The notes: generated by a model from the sequence alone, not told the origin. Shown: positions 29,490-52,521, counted from the first letter of the stretch. The stretch is 64,000 bases of DNA from Eledone cirrhosa (GCA_964016885.1 OZ024746.1:64914001-64978000); one strand, 5' to 3'. Made by a program: numbers and translations.

Positions 29490-30093
29490 TGGGAGTTTGT
29501 GCAGTGGGGTATAGTGGAGGGTGGTGCTGGGTGATAGCTCGAATGTTTTTTTCCAGTTCTTTTGCCAGATTCATTATGGCTAAAAAAGAGGAAGAAGTTT
29601 CCTGTTTAGAAGACTGTTGGTGACTGTGGTAGTGGTTATTTTTATGTAGGTTATGGTTTTTGTTTTTGCTTTTATTTTTAATTTTATTTTCATTTGTCCG
29701 ACGGGTCCCCGGGAGATGGGTAAAGGGACAATCCCGGTCTAAACACAATCTGTCTCGCAGGGAAAAGTGGCAGATTTGTGGATTCCTTGTTTGAGTTATT
29801 GGTGGTTGTGTTGGTGTTAAATTAGAGTATGTATTATGGTGGTGGCTGTTTGTGGGGATAGATCGTTTTGTCCTAGGTAAATGGGTGAATTTGCAGCCAC
29901 TATCCGTACATATTCTATAGCGTAGAGAGTAGCGGCAAATGATGGGGTTTCGAGTGGGTGGGTATGTGGGTGTGTGTGTTGTGAGAGGTGTAGATGATGG
30001 TTTGAGTAGGATTTGACGACCTTTGTGGACTGTGGGAGGGAGAGTTCTTGTTCTGGTATTAGAAGGTAAATTCCTTGACATAGCAGTAGACAA
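29461..30093 (-). CDS. LINE ORF1 C-terminal part with two CCCH-type zinc fingers
   Basis: CRYSLRYRICTDSGCKFTH and CHFSLRDRLCLDRDCPFTH (C-x8-C-x4-C-x3-H); directly upstream of and overlapping ORF2. Confidence 0.75.
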   Translation of the reverse strand: MSTAMSRNLPSNTRTRTLPPTVHKGRQILLKPSSTPLTTHTPTYPPTRNPIICRYSLRYRICTDSGCKFTHLPRTKRSIPTNSHHHNTYSNLTPTQPPITQTRNPQICHFSLRDRLCLDRDCPFTHLPGTRRTNENKIKNKSKNKNHNLHKNNHYHSHQQSSKQETSSSFLAIMNLAKELEKNIRAITQHHPPLYPTAQTPIAAINKQTN

Positions 30094-30199
30094 AAATGTT
30101 GTAGTAGTAGTAGTAGGCAGAGAAGATGTTGGCAGTGGTGATATTTGGACTGCTGGGCCAGAGAAAGGATGTGGCGTTTCATGCTATGAGACATAGGCT

Positions 30200-30433
30200 A
30201 AAGCTTCACGGCACAGGCATTGCTTTATATCTGGAGATCTCTCTGCACTTGTCATCACATGGAAGCATGGGCCCAGCACTATGTGTCAATAATTGTCACA
30301 AGTGTAGTGTTTGTACCAAAGTTTTCAAGTCGCTGGCTGGACTAAAAAGTCACACTTGTTCAGCGCATCGGTAGGGGTTCTCCTACATGGATATAAAGTA
30401 GTGGCCGTACTCGAAAACGAGTTGGCAGCCACC
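30200..30433 (+). mobile_element. NA-600 copy 7, fused directly head-to-head with the LINE
   Basis: AAAGCTTCACGGCACAGG begins at 30200 with no TA spacer. Confidence 0.9.
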
Positions 30434-30436
30434 ATG

Positions 30437-30615
<179 letters not shown>

Positions 30616-30617
30616 GT

Positions 30618-30686
<69 letters not shown>

Positions 30687-30784
30687 TATGTATATATATG
30701 TATGTATATATATATATGTATATATATGTATGTATATATATATATGTATATATATATATATGTATATATATGTATGTATATATG

Positions 30785-30815
<31 letters not shown>

Positions 30816-30830
30816 GTATATGTATATGTA

Positions 30831-30873
<43 letters not shown>

Positions 30874-30883
30874 ATATATATGT

Positions 30884-40991
<10,108 letters not shown>

Positions 40992-42690
40992 GCATTCTTC
41001 AATTTCCTCGGCCACACGTACAAACAGATCTCTGGGCTACCTATGGGCTCTAGTCTGTCCGGCATACTTGCGATGTCGTACATGGACCACCTGGAACGCA
41101 AGGCACTCAACACCTGTCAACCCAACGCCGTCGCCTTCTACTCCAGATACGTTGATGACATACTGATACTCACTTCTTCCCGGGAGATGGCGAATGAAAT
41201 TCACCAAATCTTCAACGACACTGACCATCACGCGAATTCACCATCGAACACCCTGGAGAAGACGGGTCACTCGCCCTCCTCGACTTCCGTATCAACATCT
41301 CGGAAGAAGGTGACATAAACACCACCTTCTATCGCAAGGCAGCGTGCAAGGACTTATTTGTGCATTACAACTCAGCCCTCCCCAACAACGCTAAGAGAGG
41401 CTATGTTCTAAATGAACTTACACGGATCACTAATAGATGCAGCGACCCGATGGGTGGTCTCACCCATACCACGTAATTCCGTAATCTAATCAAGTGTAAT
41501 GGATATCCCAAGCGACTGATTAACGGAATTAGAGACCCCAGACCCAATAGACAGACACCCACTAGAAACTTAGATAAAAGCAGGTGCTTCTTTAAATCCC
41601 CCACCTGAGTGAATATACCACGAACGCCATCCGCAGGGCCATACGGAGGGAGGGACTTGACATACATTTGGCCCACACAGGACCTTCGCTCCGAAGATGC
41701 CTCTCCAACAAACCCGACGAGTCAGATGGGACGTGTTCCCTCAGCAACTGCCCGATACGGGGGGCAGATTGCTTACGCACCTATGTCGTATATAAGATTC
41801 AATGCGATAAATGTAACAAGTTTTACATAGGTAGCACCATCCGACCCCTACATGTTCGTATCAAGGAACATGTCAACACCAACGCATCTTCCTTCCGTAA
41901 ACACATCCTTAAATGCGGAAACCCACAGGGCCGACCCTTGGTCACAGTCCTAGCGACTGAACGCAGCATCGGATCCTTAAGGATAAAGGAAGCACTTGTT
42001 ATTAAGAACCTCAGACCCCCACTTAACAACCGGGCTGAGAGAAATGAGCTGACATGGCTAATTAAACCATAGTGACCAGTAACAGCCCCTACGGTCTACT
42101 GTCTTTCACACACACGCACTTATATGTATACCCAAACACATACACACACACATCTATATTTATACACGCACACATGTTTATACACCTTTCACACCCTTTG
42201 ATTTCCATCTTCTACGGCCCACTATCTTTCACACACACACACACTCACATACATACGCACATACACATATACACACACAGTTACACACACATATATATTT
42301 ACACACACATATTTTACGGCTTTCACACGCTAGCGCACCCTATTGATTTAACCCAATTGGTCAGTAGCTTTTGCCACAGCCTATCACGCGCACGCGCATT
42401 CTTTCCCTCGTTTGAATTTTTCCCCATAACGGCATTTCCTATGTTTTAACGACAATACAACTTTCTCCGGCTTAGCTTGTTCCCCCCCCCCCCCTTTTGG
42501 AACTTTCCCCCGTTGATGGGCGTGAGCCCGAAATATTGGAATTAAATCTCCACTACGGTAACCCTTCTACCTTTGTTTTGTTTTCATTTTCGTTTCTCTC
42601 AATTTTCACTTTTCTCCTATTTCTCACTCACTTCCTACCTCGAGATTTCCCATCTGCATTGTTGTGGCTTTCTAAACTACATATTTTATA
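40992..42690 (+). mobile_element. Penelope-like element PLE-3, 5'-truncated and degenerate
   Basis: [22 protein letters not shown], then frameshift/stops; VVY..FYIGST GIY-YIG in ORF 41668-42072; CA-rich 3' UTR. Confidence 0.9.
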
Positions 42691-42825
42691 TATATGTATG
42701 TATATATATATATGTATGTATATATATATATATATGTATGTATGTATATATATATATGTATGTATATATATATATATACATACATATATATATATATATA
42801 TGTATGTATATATATATATATATAT

Positions 42826-43419
42826 ATAACTTTGAAATGTTTTGGCCAGTATTGGCCCAGGCCATGTCTAACTTAATAGCACCACCTGGCAAAGTCTTTC
42901 AATTCAGGATTTGGGCACCATGGCCCATTCGAGAAGAGAATTACTGTTTGCGGAGACATATCCGGGTGTGGGTGGTTTGTCCGGGATTACTTGGAGGAAT
43001 TTGTCCAAAGACTTCTTGAATTTTGTGTGGTCAGTTTCTGTTTTGACGTGTCCTGGTGTGATGTTGAAGAGAGCAGGGCCGATTGAGGTGAAATAATTGT
43101 GCCGTATTGTTGTTATGAGTTGCGATTTAGATTTTTGAATGGGACGGATAGCACGGGGCCCAAGCCTTGGGTGTATCTTGAAGGCGATGCCAACATCATT
43201 TGGGCAGTGATGATGGAACATTTTCCACATCATGCAGATAATATAACGCTCACGGCGACGTTGGAGTGAGTAAAGTTTCAGGTTTTCTAATCGACCCCAG
43301 TAGTCAAGGTCTGACATGCCATCTATCTTTTTCGTGATTGCCCTTTGAGGAGCTTCAAGTTTCATGATACTTTGTTTTGTGTGGGGGGAGACCACAGTGG
43401 ACAACAGTATTCAAGGTGT
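42826..43419 (-). mobile_element. Third copy (3' 0.6 kb) of the APE-RT LINE
   Basis: ORF 42904-43404 is nearly identical to the ORF2 C-terminus; same 3' end. Confidence 0.93.
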
Positions 43420-43649
43420 ATCTATATATATATATGTATGTATGTATATATATATATATATGTATGTATATATATATATATATGTATGTATATATATATG
43501 TATGTATATATATATGTATGTATATATATATATATGTATATATATATGTATCTGTATATATATATATGTATGTGTGTATATATATATGTATGTATATATA
43601 TATATATATATGTATATATATAAATATATATATATATATATGTATATAT

Positions 43650-43844
43650 ATAGGCACAAGTAAGACCCTGACGGCTGAGCTGAAGCCGTTTCGACGGCTA
43701 ATTCTGTACACAATTAGCCGTCGAAACGGCTTGAGCTCAGCCGTCGGGGTCTTACTTGTTCCTATTACCCACTCTACTACCCTAAGTATTGAGTAATTTG
43801 GTGCGTTATGGTCCACTTGTTTCTTTACCACATTTCCTTCGTTA
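43650..43844 (+). repeat. 116-bp palindrome plus 80-bp unique tail (possible retroelement 3' tail with inverted arm)
   Basis: Arms 43650-43703 and 43712-43765, 3 mismatches, 8-nt loop CTGTACAC. Confidence 0.8.
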
Positions 43845-43912
43845 TGTATATATATATATATATGTATGTATATATATATATGTATGTATGTATATATGTA
43901 TATATATATATG

Positions 43913-43975
<63 letters not shown>

Positions 43976-43976
43976 G

Positions 43977-44037
<61 letters not shown>

Positions 44038-44186
44038 GTATATATATATATGTATATATATATATGTATATATATATATGTATATATATATATGTATATA
44101 TATATATGTATATATATATATGTATATATGTATATATATATATGTATATATATATATGTATCTATATGTATATATATATATGTATC

Positions 44187-44220
<34 letters not shown>

Positions 44221-44364
44221 TATGTATGTATATATATGTATTTATGTATATATATATGTATATATATGTATATATATGTATGTATATATATATATGTATA
44301 TGTATGTATATATATGTATGTATGTATATATATGTATGTATATATGTATGTATGTATATATATG

Positions 44365-44403
<39 letters not shown>

Positions 44404-44437
44404 GTATATATATGTATATATATATATATGTATGTAT

Positions 44438-47400
44438 AGGGTTTCTCTTAGTAGCTTTTTCATGTCGTTAATATTATGATGGTTCCTTCTCTTAGTAGCT
44501 TTTTCATGTCGTTAATATTATGATGTTCCCTGCTGTATTAGCGTTAAATTTTCCCTGCTGTATTAGCGATAAATTTTCGAGGGTTTCTCTTAGTAGCTTT
44601 TTTCATGACGTTATTATTGTTAATTTTACTGATGTAGTATTAACTTATTAACTTGGATATTTACCATGCGGTATTCTAATCCTATTGTATCTCTCTCAGT
44701 TATTTACCATGCGACCCTCAGTTCCTACCCCCCCCCCCTCTATGCACTTCTTTAAGGCTTACTACCCTGTCTTTAACCTAATTCATTCAATCTGAAAATA
44801 TTGAAGAGATAAGACACTTTGCCATTCTTCTCTGCTAAAATGTACCACTGAGCTGATTCAAATTTTCCCAGCCAGCCATCCACCTAATCTACGAAGGTAT
44901 TTTAGCCTACATATTGTCGTTAATATTATGATGTTCCCTGCTGTATTAGCGTTAAATTTTCCCTGCTGTATTAGCGATAAATTTTCGAGGGTTTCTCTTA
45001 GTAGCTTTTTCATGTCGTTAATATTATGATGTTCCCTGCTGTATTAGCGTTAAATTTTCCCTGCTGTATTAGCGATAAATTTTCGAGGGTTTCTCTTAGT
45101 AGCTTTTTTCATGACGTTATTATTGTTAATTTTACTGATGTAGTATTAACTTATTAACTTGGATATTTACCATGCGGTATTCTAATCCTATTGTATCTCT
45201 CTCAGTTATTTACCATGCGACCCTCAGTTCCTACCCCCCCCCCCCCCTCTATGCACTTCTTTAAGGCTTACTACCCTGTCTTTAACCTAATTCATTCAAT
45301 CTGAAAATATTGAAGAGATAAGACACTTTGCCATTCTTCTCTGCTAAAATGTACCACTGAGCTGATTCAAATTTTCCCAGCCAGCCATCCACCTAATCTA
45401 CGAAGGTATTTTAGCCTACATATTGTCGTTAATATTATGATGTTCCCTGCTGTATTAGCGTTAAATTTTCCCTGCTGTATTAGCGATAAATTTTCGAGGG
45501 TTTCTCTTAGTAGCTTTTTCATGTCGTTAATATTATGATGTTCCCTGCTGTATTAGCGTTAAATTTTCCCTGCTGTATTAGCGATAAATTTTCGAGGGTT
45601 TCTCTTAGTAGCTTTTTTCATGACGTTATTATTGTTAATTTTACTGATGTAGTATTAACTTATTAACTTGGATATTTACCATGCGGTATTCTAATCCTAT
45701 TGTATCTCTCTCAGTTATTTACCATGCGACCCTCAGTTCCTACCCCCCCCCCCTCTATGCACTTCTTTAAGGCTTACTACCCTGTCTTTAACCTAATTCA
45801 TTCAATCTGAAAATATTGAAGAGATAAGACACTTTGCCATTCTTCTCTGCTAAAATGTACCACTGAGCTGATTCAAATTTTCCCAGCCAGCCATCCACCT
45901 AATCTACGAAGGTATTTTAGCCTACATATTGTCGTTAATATTATGATGTTCCCTGCTGTATTAGCGTTAAATTTTCCCTGCTGTATTAGCGATAAATTTT
46001 CGAGGGTTTCTCTTAGTAGCTTTTTTCATGTCGTTAATATTATGATGTTCCCTGCTGTATTAGCGTTAAATTTTCCCTGCTGTATTAGCGATAAATTTTC
46101 GAGGGTTTCTCTTAGTAGCTTTTTTCATGACGTTATTATTGTTAATTTTACTGATGTAGTATTAACTTATTAACTTGGATATTTACCATGCGGTATTCTA
46201 ATCCTATTGTATCTCTCTCAGTTATTTACCATGCGACCCTCAGTTCCTACCCCCCCCCCCTCTATGCACTTCTTTAAGGCTTACTACCCTGTCTTTAACC
46301 TAATTCATTCAATCTGAAAATATTGAAGAGATAAGACACTTTGCCATTCTTCTCTGCTAAAATGTACCACTGAGCTGATTCAAATTTTCCCAGCCAGCCA
46401 TCCACCTAATCTACGAAGGTATTTTAGCCTACATATTGTCGTTAATATTATGATGTTCCCTGCTGTATTAGCGTTAAATTTTCCCTGCTGTATTAGCGAT
46501 AAATTTTCGAGGGTTTCTCTTAGTAGCTTTTTCATGTCGTTAATATTATGATGTTCCCTGCTGTATTAGCGTTAAATTTTCCCTGCTGTATTAGCGATAA
46601 ATTTCGAGGGTTTCTCTTAGTAGCTTTTTTCATGACGTTATTATTGTTAATTTTACTGATGTAGTATTAACTTATTAACTTGGATATTTACCATGCGGTA
46701 TTCTAATCCTATTGTATCTCTCTCAGTTATTTACCATGCGACCCTCAGTTCCTACCCCCCCCTCTATGCACTTCTTTAAGGCTTACTACCCTGTCTTTAA
46801 CCTAATTCATTCAATCTGAAAATATTGAAGAGATAAGACACTTTGCCATTCTTCTCTGCTAAAATGTACCACTGAGCTGATTCAAATTTTCCCAGCCAGC
46901 CATCCACCTAATCTACGAAGGTATTTTAGCCTACATATTGTCGTTAATATTATGATGTTCCCTGCTGTATTAGCGTTAAATTTTCCCTGCTGTATTAGCG
47001 ATAAATTTTCGAGGGTTTCTCTTAGTAGCTTTTTCATGTCGTTAATATTATGATGTTCCCTGCTGTATTAGCGTTAAATTTTCCCTGCTGTATTAGCGAT
47101 AAATTTTCGAGGGTTTCTCTTAGTAGCTTTTTTCATGACGTTATTATTGTTAATTTTACTGATGTAGTATTAACTTATTAACTTGGATATTTACCATGCG
47201 GTATTCTAATCCTATTGTATCTCTCTCAGTTATTTACCATGCGACCCTCAGTTCCTACCCCCCCCCCTCTATGCACTTCTTTAAGGCTTACTACCCTGTC
47301 TTTAACCTAATTCATTCAATCTGAAAATATTGAAGAGATAAGACACTTTGCCATTCTTCTCTGCTAAAATGTACCACTGAGCTGATTCAAATTTTCCCAG

Positions 47401-47615
47401 CCAGCCATCCACCTAATCTACGAAGGTATTTTAGCCTACATATTGTCGTTAATATTATGATGTTCCCTGCTGTATTAGCGTTAAATTTTCCCTGCTGTAT
47501 TAGCGATAAATTTTCGAGGGTTTCTCTTAGTAGCTTTTTTCATGACGTTATTATTGTTAATTTTACTGATGTAGTATTAACTTGGATATTTACCATGCGA
47601 CCCTCAGTTCCTACC
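44438..47615 (+). repeat. ~505-bp tandem repeat (six units plus a partial) contiguous with the RTE 5' UTR
   Basis: CACCTAATCTACG recurs at 44881, 45390, 45896, 46403, 46905 and 47410; each unit has an internal ~90-bp duplication. Confidence 0.93.
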
Positions 47616-47858
47616 TCACAATTTCCCTCCCCCCCACCCCCACACACCACCATAGTCTATTCGACCAATCAAACCTAGCATGCCATTTCCACTGCTGCTG
47701 CTGCTACTACCTGCCTAACTAACTCTCTCCTCCTCTGGCGCATCCCAACACACCCTGCCATTACCCCACCACCACTGTCCTTCTAGCCCTCAATTTTCCC
47801 ACCGTTAGGGATGGATGAGCTGGGAATACACGAGCAACTCTGAATCAATAGATGAAAT

Positions 47859-50800
47859 ATGAATCTGCGAGCTACCAAGCACCCACGTGAAGCGCCAACC
47901 CAGAGACCCTCCCCTACGAGTGTCGACAAATGCCCAAAACTCCGAGTTGGTACCATCAATGTAGGCTCAATGAAAGGAAGAGCAGGAGAAATCGTAGAAA
48001 TGCTAGAGCGAAAGGAAGTTGATGTATGCTGTGTGCAAGAGACTAGATGGAGAGGAGGGTCTGCTAGAGTCCTTGTAGGAAAAAGCCAGTGCTACAAATT
48101 TTTCTGGGTGGGAAATGACGATGGGATGGGTGGTGTAGGTATACTATTAGCTGACAAGTGGGTAGATAAAGTAATCTCAGTGTACAGGGTAAATGCAAGA
48201 ATCATTAAACTCAGACTAGTCCTGAATAAGACAATTACCACAATAATATCAGCTTACGCACCCCAATCGGGGCTGCCAGACGAACTTAAGGATAGGTTTT
48301 ACGAGTCCCTAATACACACTACTGCTCTAACAGACGACAAGGACTTCCTAATCATTGCAGGAGATTTTAACGGACACGTAGGTAAACACTGCGACGGCTT
48401 CAATAGAGTACATGGAGGCCATGGAGTTGGCACAAGGAATGAGGAAGGATTCAGACTTCTAGAATTCTGCGACGCCAATGACATGTCGATATGTAACACA
48501 AACTTTAAAAAACCCGACAACCACCTGATCACCTATAGATCAGGGGAGCACTCTAGTCAGTTAGATTTTATCCTCATCAGAGGACGTGACAGATGGACGG
48601 TCGTAAACACAAAAGCCTTCCCTAGTGAGGAATGTACATCCCAACATAGCTTAGTTGTCAGCGACCTCACGGTCAGAACTAGACGAGCCCTGAAACAGAG
48701 GCCAACCTGGAGAAGAAAGATCTGGAAGCTGAAAGTCCCCTCAACCAGTAACAGATTTAAAGATATTTTACTCAACGCCTACGACAGTAAAGAAGAACAG
48801 ATAGAGACATTTAACGTAGAAGAGAACTGGGAGTTCCTAAAAAATAACTTACTAGAGGCGACGGATGAGGTTTGTGGCTGGAGTAAGACCTCAAGCAGGA
48901 GGAGAGTGACTTGGTGGTGGAACAATAAGGTAGATGAAGCAGTCAAGGCCAAGAGACAGGCATGGAAAGAATGGAAGAACGGGGGGAGCAGGGTACATTA
49001 CATAGAGACCAAGAGGGAAGCTAGGCGACAAGTATACTTAGCTAGGAGGGAAGCAGAGGATAGAAAATTCAAGCATGTTTTACAACGTGAGGACCAGAAA
49101 CAGGAGGTATTCAAGATTGCGAGGCAGTGTGTCAGAGATAGTTGTGATGTCATTGGAGAGAAGTGTATCCGGAATGATAAAGGTGAGCTTGCCCTCACAA
49201 GTGCTGAGAAGAAAGATGCATGGAAGAGTCATTATGATAGATTACTAAATGAGGAGAATGCATGGGAAGAAGAGACCCTACCCCACGTAGACCCTATAGA
49301 GGGACCAGCAGTACAAGTCAGCGGCAGCGTAGTAAGTAAGGCAATCAGAGATATGAAGATAGGGAAGGCAACCGGTCCATCGGGTATAGCTGCCGAGATG
49401 CTGAAGGCATCTGGGTCTGTAGGTCACACTATAACCACACGTATCGTTAACCAGGTAATACTAGAGGGGGCCATACCAAAAGATTGGTGCAGTAGCATCA
49501 TTGTCAACTGCTACAAAGGTAAAGGCGATGCACTAGATAGAGGAAACTATAGAGGTATAAAGTTGATGGACCAGGTCATGAAAGTAACAGAAAGAGTTAT
49601 AGCACAGCTGATTAGGGACCGGGTGAATATAGACGAGATGCAATTTGGGTTTGTTCCAGGGAAAGGCACCACTGATGCGCTCTTCCTTGTGAGGCAATTA
49701 CAGGAAAAGTACCTAGCTAAAAGTAAGCCACTCTACTTGGCATTTGTCGACCTTGAGAAAGCCTTTGACAGAGTTCCACGTGCAGTAATCTGGTGGGCTC
49801 TTAGAAAACTAGGAGTAGATGAATGGCTTGTGAAAGCGGTACAAGCCATGTATAGGGGAGCAGTCAGCAAAGTTAGGATTGGCAATGAGTATAGCGAGGA
49901 ATTTAGCGTACAGGTTGGGGTCCACCAGGGCTCTGTTCTTAGCCCTCTCCTGTTCATCATAGTCCTGCAGGCAATAACGGAGGAGTTTAAGACCGGATGC
50001 CCATGGGAACTCCTGTATGCTGATGACCTCGCACTCATAGCTGAATCTATGGTAGAACTAGAGAATAAATTCCAAACCTGGAAGCAGGGACTAGAGAGAA
50101 AGGGCCTCAAAGTCAACATGACAAAGACTAAGGTCCTTATAAGTATACGAGAAAACAGAACCCAGATCCCCTCAGGGAAATGGCCTTGCTCAGTATGTAG
50201 GAAAGGTGTAGGTAGGAACTCCATTCTTTGCCCCAAATGCAAACAATGGGTACACAAGAGATGTAGCGGGATCTCAGGAAGCTTAATTAAGAATGTAGGA
50301 TTCACATGCAGCAGCTGTGCTGAAACAGCAAGCAAACAGCCACAGGAAACAAGTACCACCAATCTCTGGGAGGGCCCTGTAGAAACAGTAGACAGCTTCT
50401 GCTACCTAGGTGACCGAATTAGCAACGGAGGTGGGTGCTCAGAAAGTACAATAACTAGGGTAAGAACGGGATGGAAGAAGTTTAGGGAACTACTACCACT
50501 GCTAGCTGCAAAAGGCTTCTCCCTCAGAATGAAAGGCAGACTGTATGATGCGTGTATCCGAACAGCGATGTTGCATGGTAGTGAGACCTGGGCGCTGAAG
50601 GTGGAAGACCTACGTAGATTAGAGAGAAACGAAGCCTGCATGCTCCGATGGATGTGTAACAGTAATATACGTGAACGACAAAGCATAAATGAATTGAGAG
50701 AGAGACTGAGCATAAGAGGAATCAAATGCTGCGTGCAGGAGAGGCGGTTACGCTGGTATGGACATGTGATGCGTATGAAGGATGACAGCTGCATAAAAAG

Positions 50801-50978
50801 GTGCAGAGCACTAGAAGTTGATGGAAACCGCGGAGTGGGGAGACCCAAGATGACTTGGGATGAGGTGATAAAAGCCGACCTTACCCAACTACACCTCTCA
50901 AAGTCAATGACACACGACCGTGACTTCTGGCGTCACGCAGTAATACAGGGTACCCGACCTCCCATGGGTACATGCTGA
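47859..50978 (+). CDS. Intact RTE-type LINE ORF: APE endonuclease + RT + PHD finger
   Basis: ATG start, 1039 aa; GTINVG, VQETRW, SAYAPQ, AGDFNGHVG, LDFIL, SQHSLV; [23 protein letters not shown]; CSVC..CPKC..HKRC..CSSC; GRPKMTW. Confidence 0.96.
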   Translation: MNLRATKHPREAPTQRPSPTSVDKCPKLRVGTINVGSMKGRAGEIVEMLERKEVDVCCVQETRWRGGSARVLVGKSQCYKFFWVGNDDGMGGVGILLADKWVDKVISVYRVNARIIKLRLVLNKTITTIISAYAPQSGLPDELKDRFYESLIHTTALTDDKDFLIIAGDFNGHVGKHCDGFNRVHGGHGVGTRNEEGFRLLEFCDANDMSICNTNFKKPDNHLITYRSGEHSSQLDFILIRGRDRWTVVNTKAFPSEECTSQHSLVVSDLTVRTRRALKQRPTWRRKIWKLKVPSTSNRFKDILLNAYDSKEEQIETFNVEENWEFLKNNLLEATDEVCGWSKTSSRRRVTWWWNNKVDEAVKAKRQAWKEWKNGGSRVHYIETKREARRQVYLARREAEDRKFKHVLQREDQKQEVFKIARQCVRDSCDVIGEKCIRNDKGELALTSAEKKDAWKSHYDRLLNEENAWEEETLPHVDPIEGPAVQVSGSVVSKAIRDMKIGKATGPSGIAAEMLKASGSVGHTITTRIVNQVILEGAIPKDWCSSIIVNCYKGKGDALDRGNYRGIKLMDQVMKVTERVIAQLIRDRVNIDEMQFGFVPGKGTTDALFLVRQLQEKYLAKSKPLYLAFVDLEKAFDRVPRAVIWWALRKLGVDEWLVKAVQAMYRGAVSKVRIGNEYSEEFSVQVGVHQGSVLSPLLFIIVLQAITEEFKTGCPWELLYADDLALIAESMVELENKFQTWKQGLERKGLKVNMTKTKVLISIRENRTQIPSGKWPCSVCRKGVGRNSILCPKCKQWVHKRCSGISGSLIKNVGFTCSSCAETASKQPQETSTTNLWEGPVETVDSFCYLGDRISNGGGCSESTITRVRTGWKKFRELLPLLAAKGFSLRMKGRLYDACIRTAMLHGSETWALKVEDLRRLERNEACMLRWMCNSNIRERQSINELRERLSIRGIKCCVQERRLRWYGHVMRMKDDSCIKRCRALEVDGNRGVGRPKMTWDEVIKADLTQLHLSKSMTHDRDFWRHAVIQGTRPPMGTC

Positions 50979-51444
50979 AGCATATAAACAATATGCCCCC
51001 CCCCCCCCACCGCAAGGTGGTCGTGGAGGTGCCACGGCAAAAAAGCACCCAGCCCACACTGTAAAGTGGACGTGTAGGCGCCACGAAAAAGCACCCAGCA
51101 CTCACTGTAAATGAGGTTGGTGTTAGGAAGGGCATCCAGCTGTAGAAATCAAGCCAGATCAGTTCCTGTATGAGCAAGGCATGGTCAGCCGACCAGACAC
51201 TGCCCACAACAGGACAACCCGTCTAACCCATGCTAGCGTGGAAGAACGGACGTAAAACGGTGATGATGATGATGATGATATATGTATGTATGTATATATA
51301 TATATATGTATGTATATATATATGTATGTATATATATATATATGTATGTATATATATATGTATGTATATATGTATGTATATATATATGTATGTATGTATA
51401 TATGTATATGTATGTATATTTGTATATGTATATATATATGTATG

Positions 51445-51481
<37 letters not shown>

Positions 51482-51486
51482 GTATG

Positions 51487-51523
<37 letters not shown>

Positions 51524-51563
51524 GTATGTATATATATATATGTATATATATATATGTATATAC

Positions 51564-51646
<83 letters not shown>

Positions 51647-51648
51647 TG

Positions 51649-51696
<48 letters not shown>

Positions 51697-51712
51697 TGTA
51701 TATATATATATG

Positions 51713-51803
<91 letters not shown>

Positions 51804-51908
51804 GTATATATATATATGTATGTATATATATAAATGTATGTATATATATATATGTATGTATATATATATATGTATGTATATATATATATGTATATATATA
51901 TATGTATG

Positions 51909-52013
<105 letters not shown>

Positions 52014-52120
52014 GTATATATATATGTATATCTATATATATATGTATGTATATATATATATGTATGTATGTATATATATATGTATATATATATATATGCG
52101 TATATATATATATATATACG

Positions 52121-52153
<33 letters not shown>

Positions 52154-52168
52154 GTATATGTATATATG

Positions 52169-52311
<143 letters not shown>

Positions 52312-52312
52312 G

Positions 52313-52432
<120 letters not shown>

Positions 52433-52463
52433 CATATATATACATATACATATATACATATAC

Positions 52464-52496
<33 letters not shown>

Positions 52497-52521
52497 CATA
52501 TACATACATATATATATATAC

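Larger units (their letters stand above)
26385..30199 (-). mobile_element. APE-RT LINE (CR1/L2/Crack-like group), near full length, truncated in ORF1
   Basis: Intact ORF2, partial ORF1, short 3' UTR ending in TTCAAAGTTA repeats. Confidence 0.92.
44438..51279 (+). mobile_element. Apparently full-length RTE-type LINE with tandem 5' monomers and (TGA)n tail
   Basis: Continuous sequence between two TA tracts; ends CGGACGTAAAACGG(TGA)n, similar to the tail at 20461. Confidence 0.85.
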
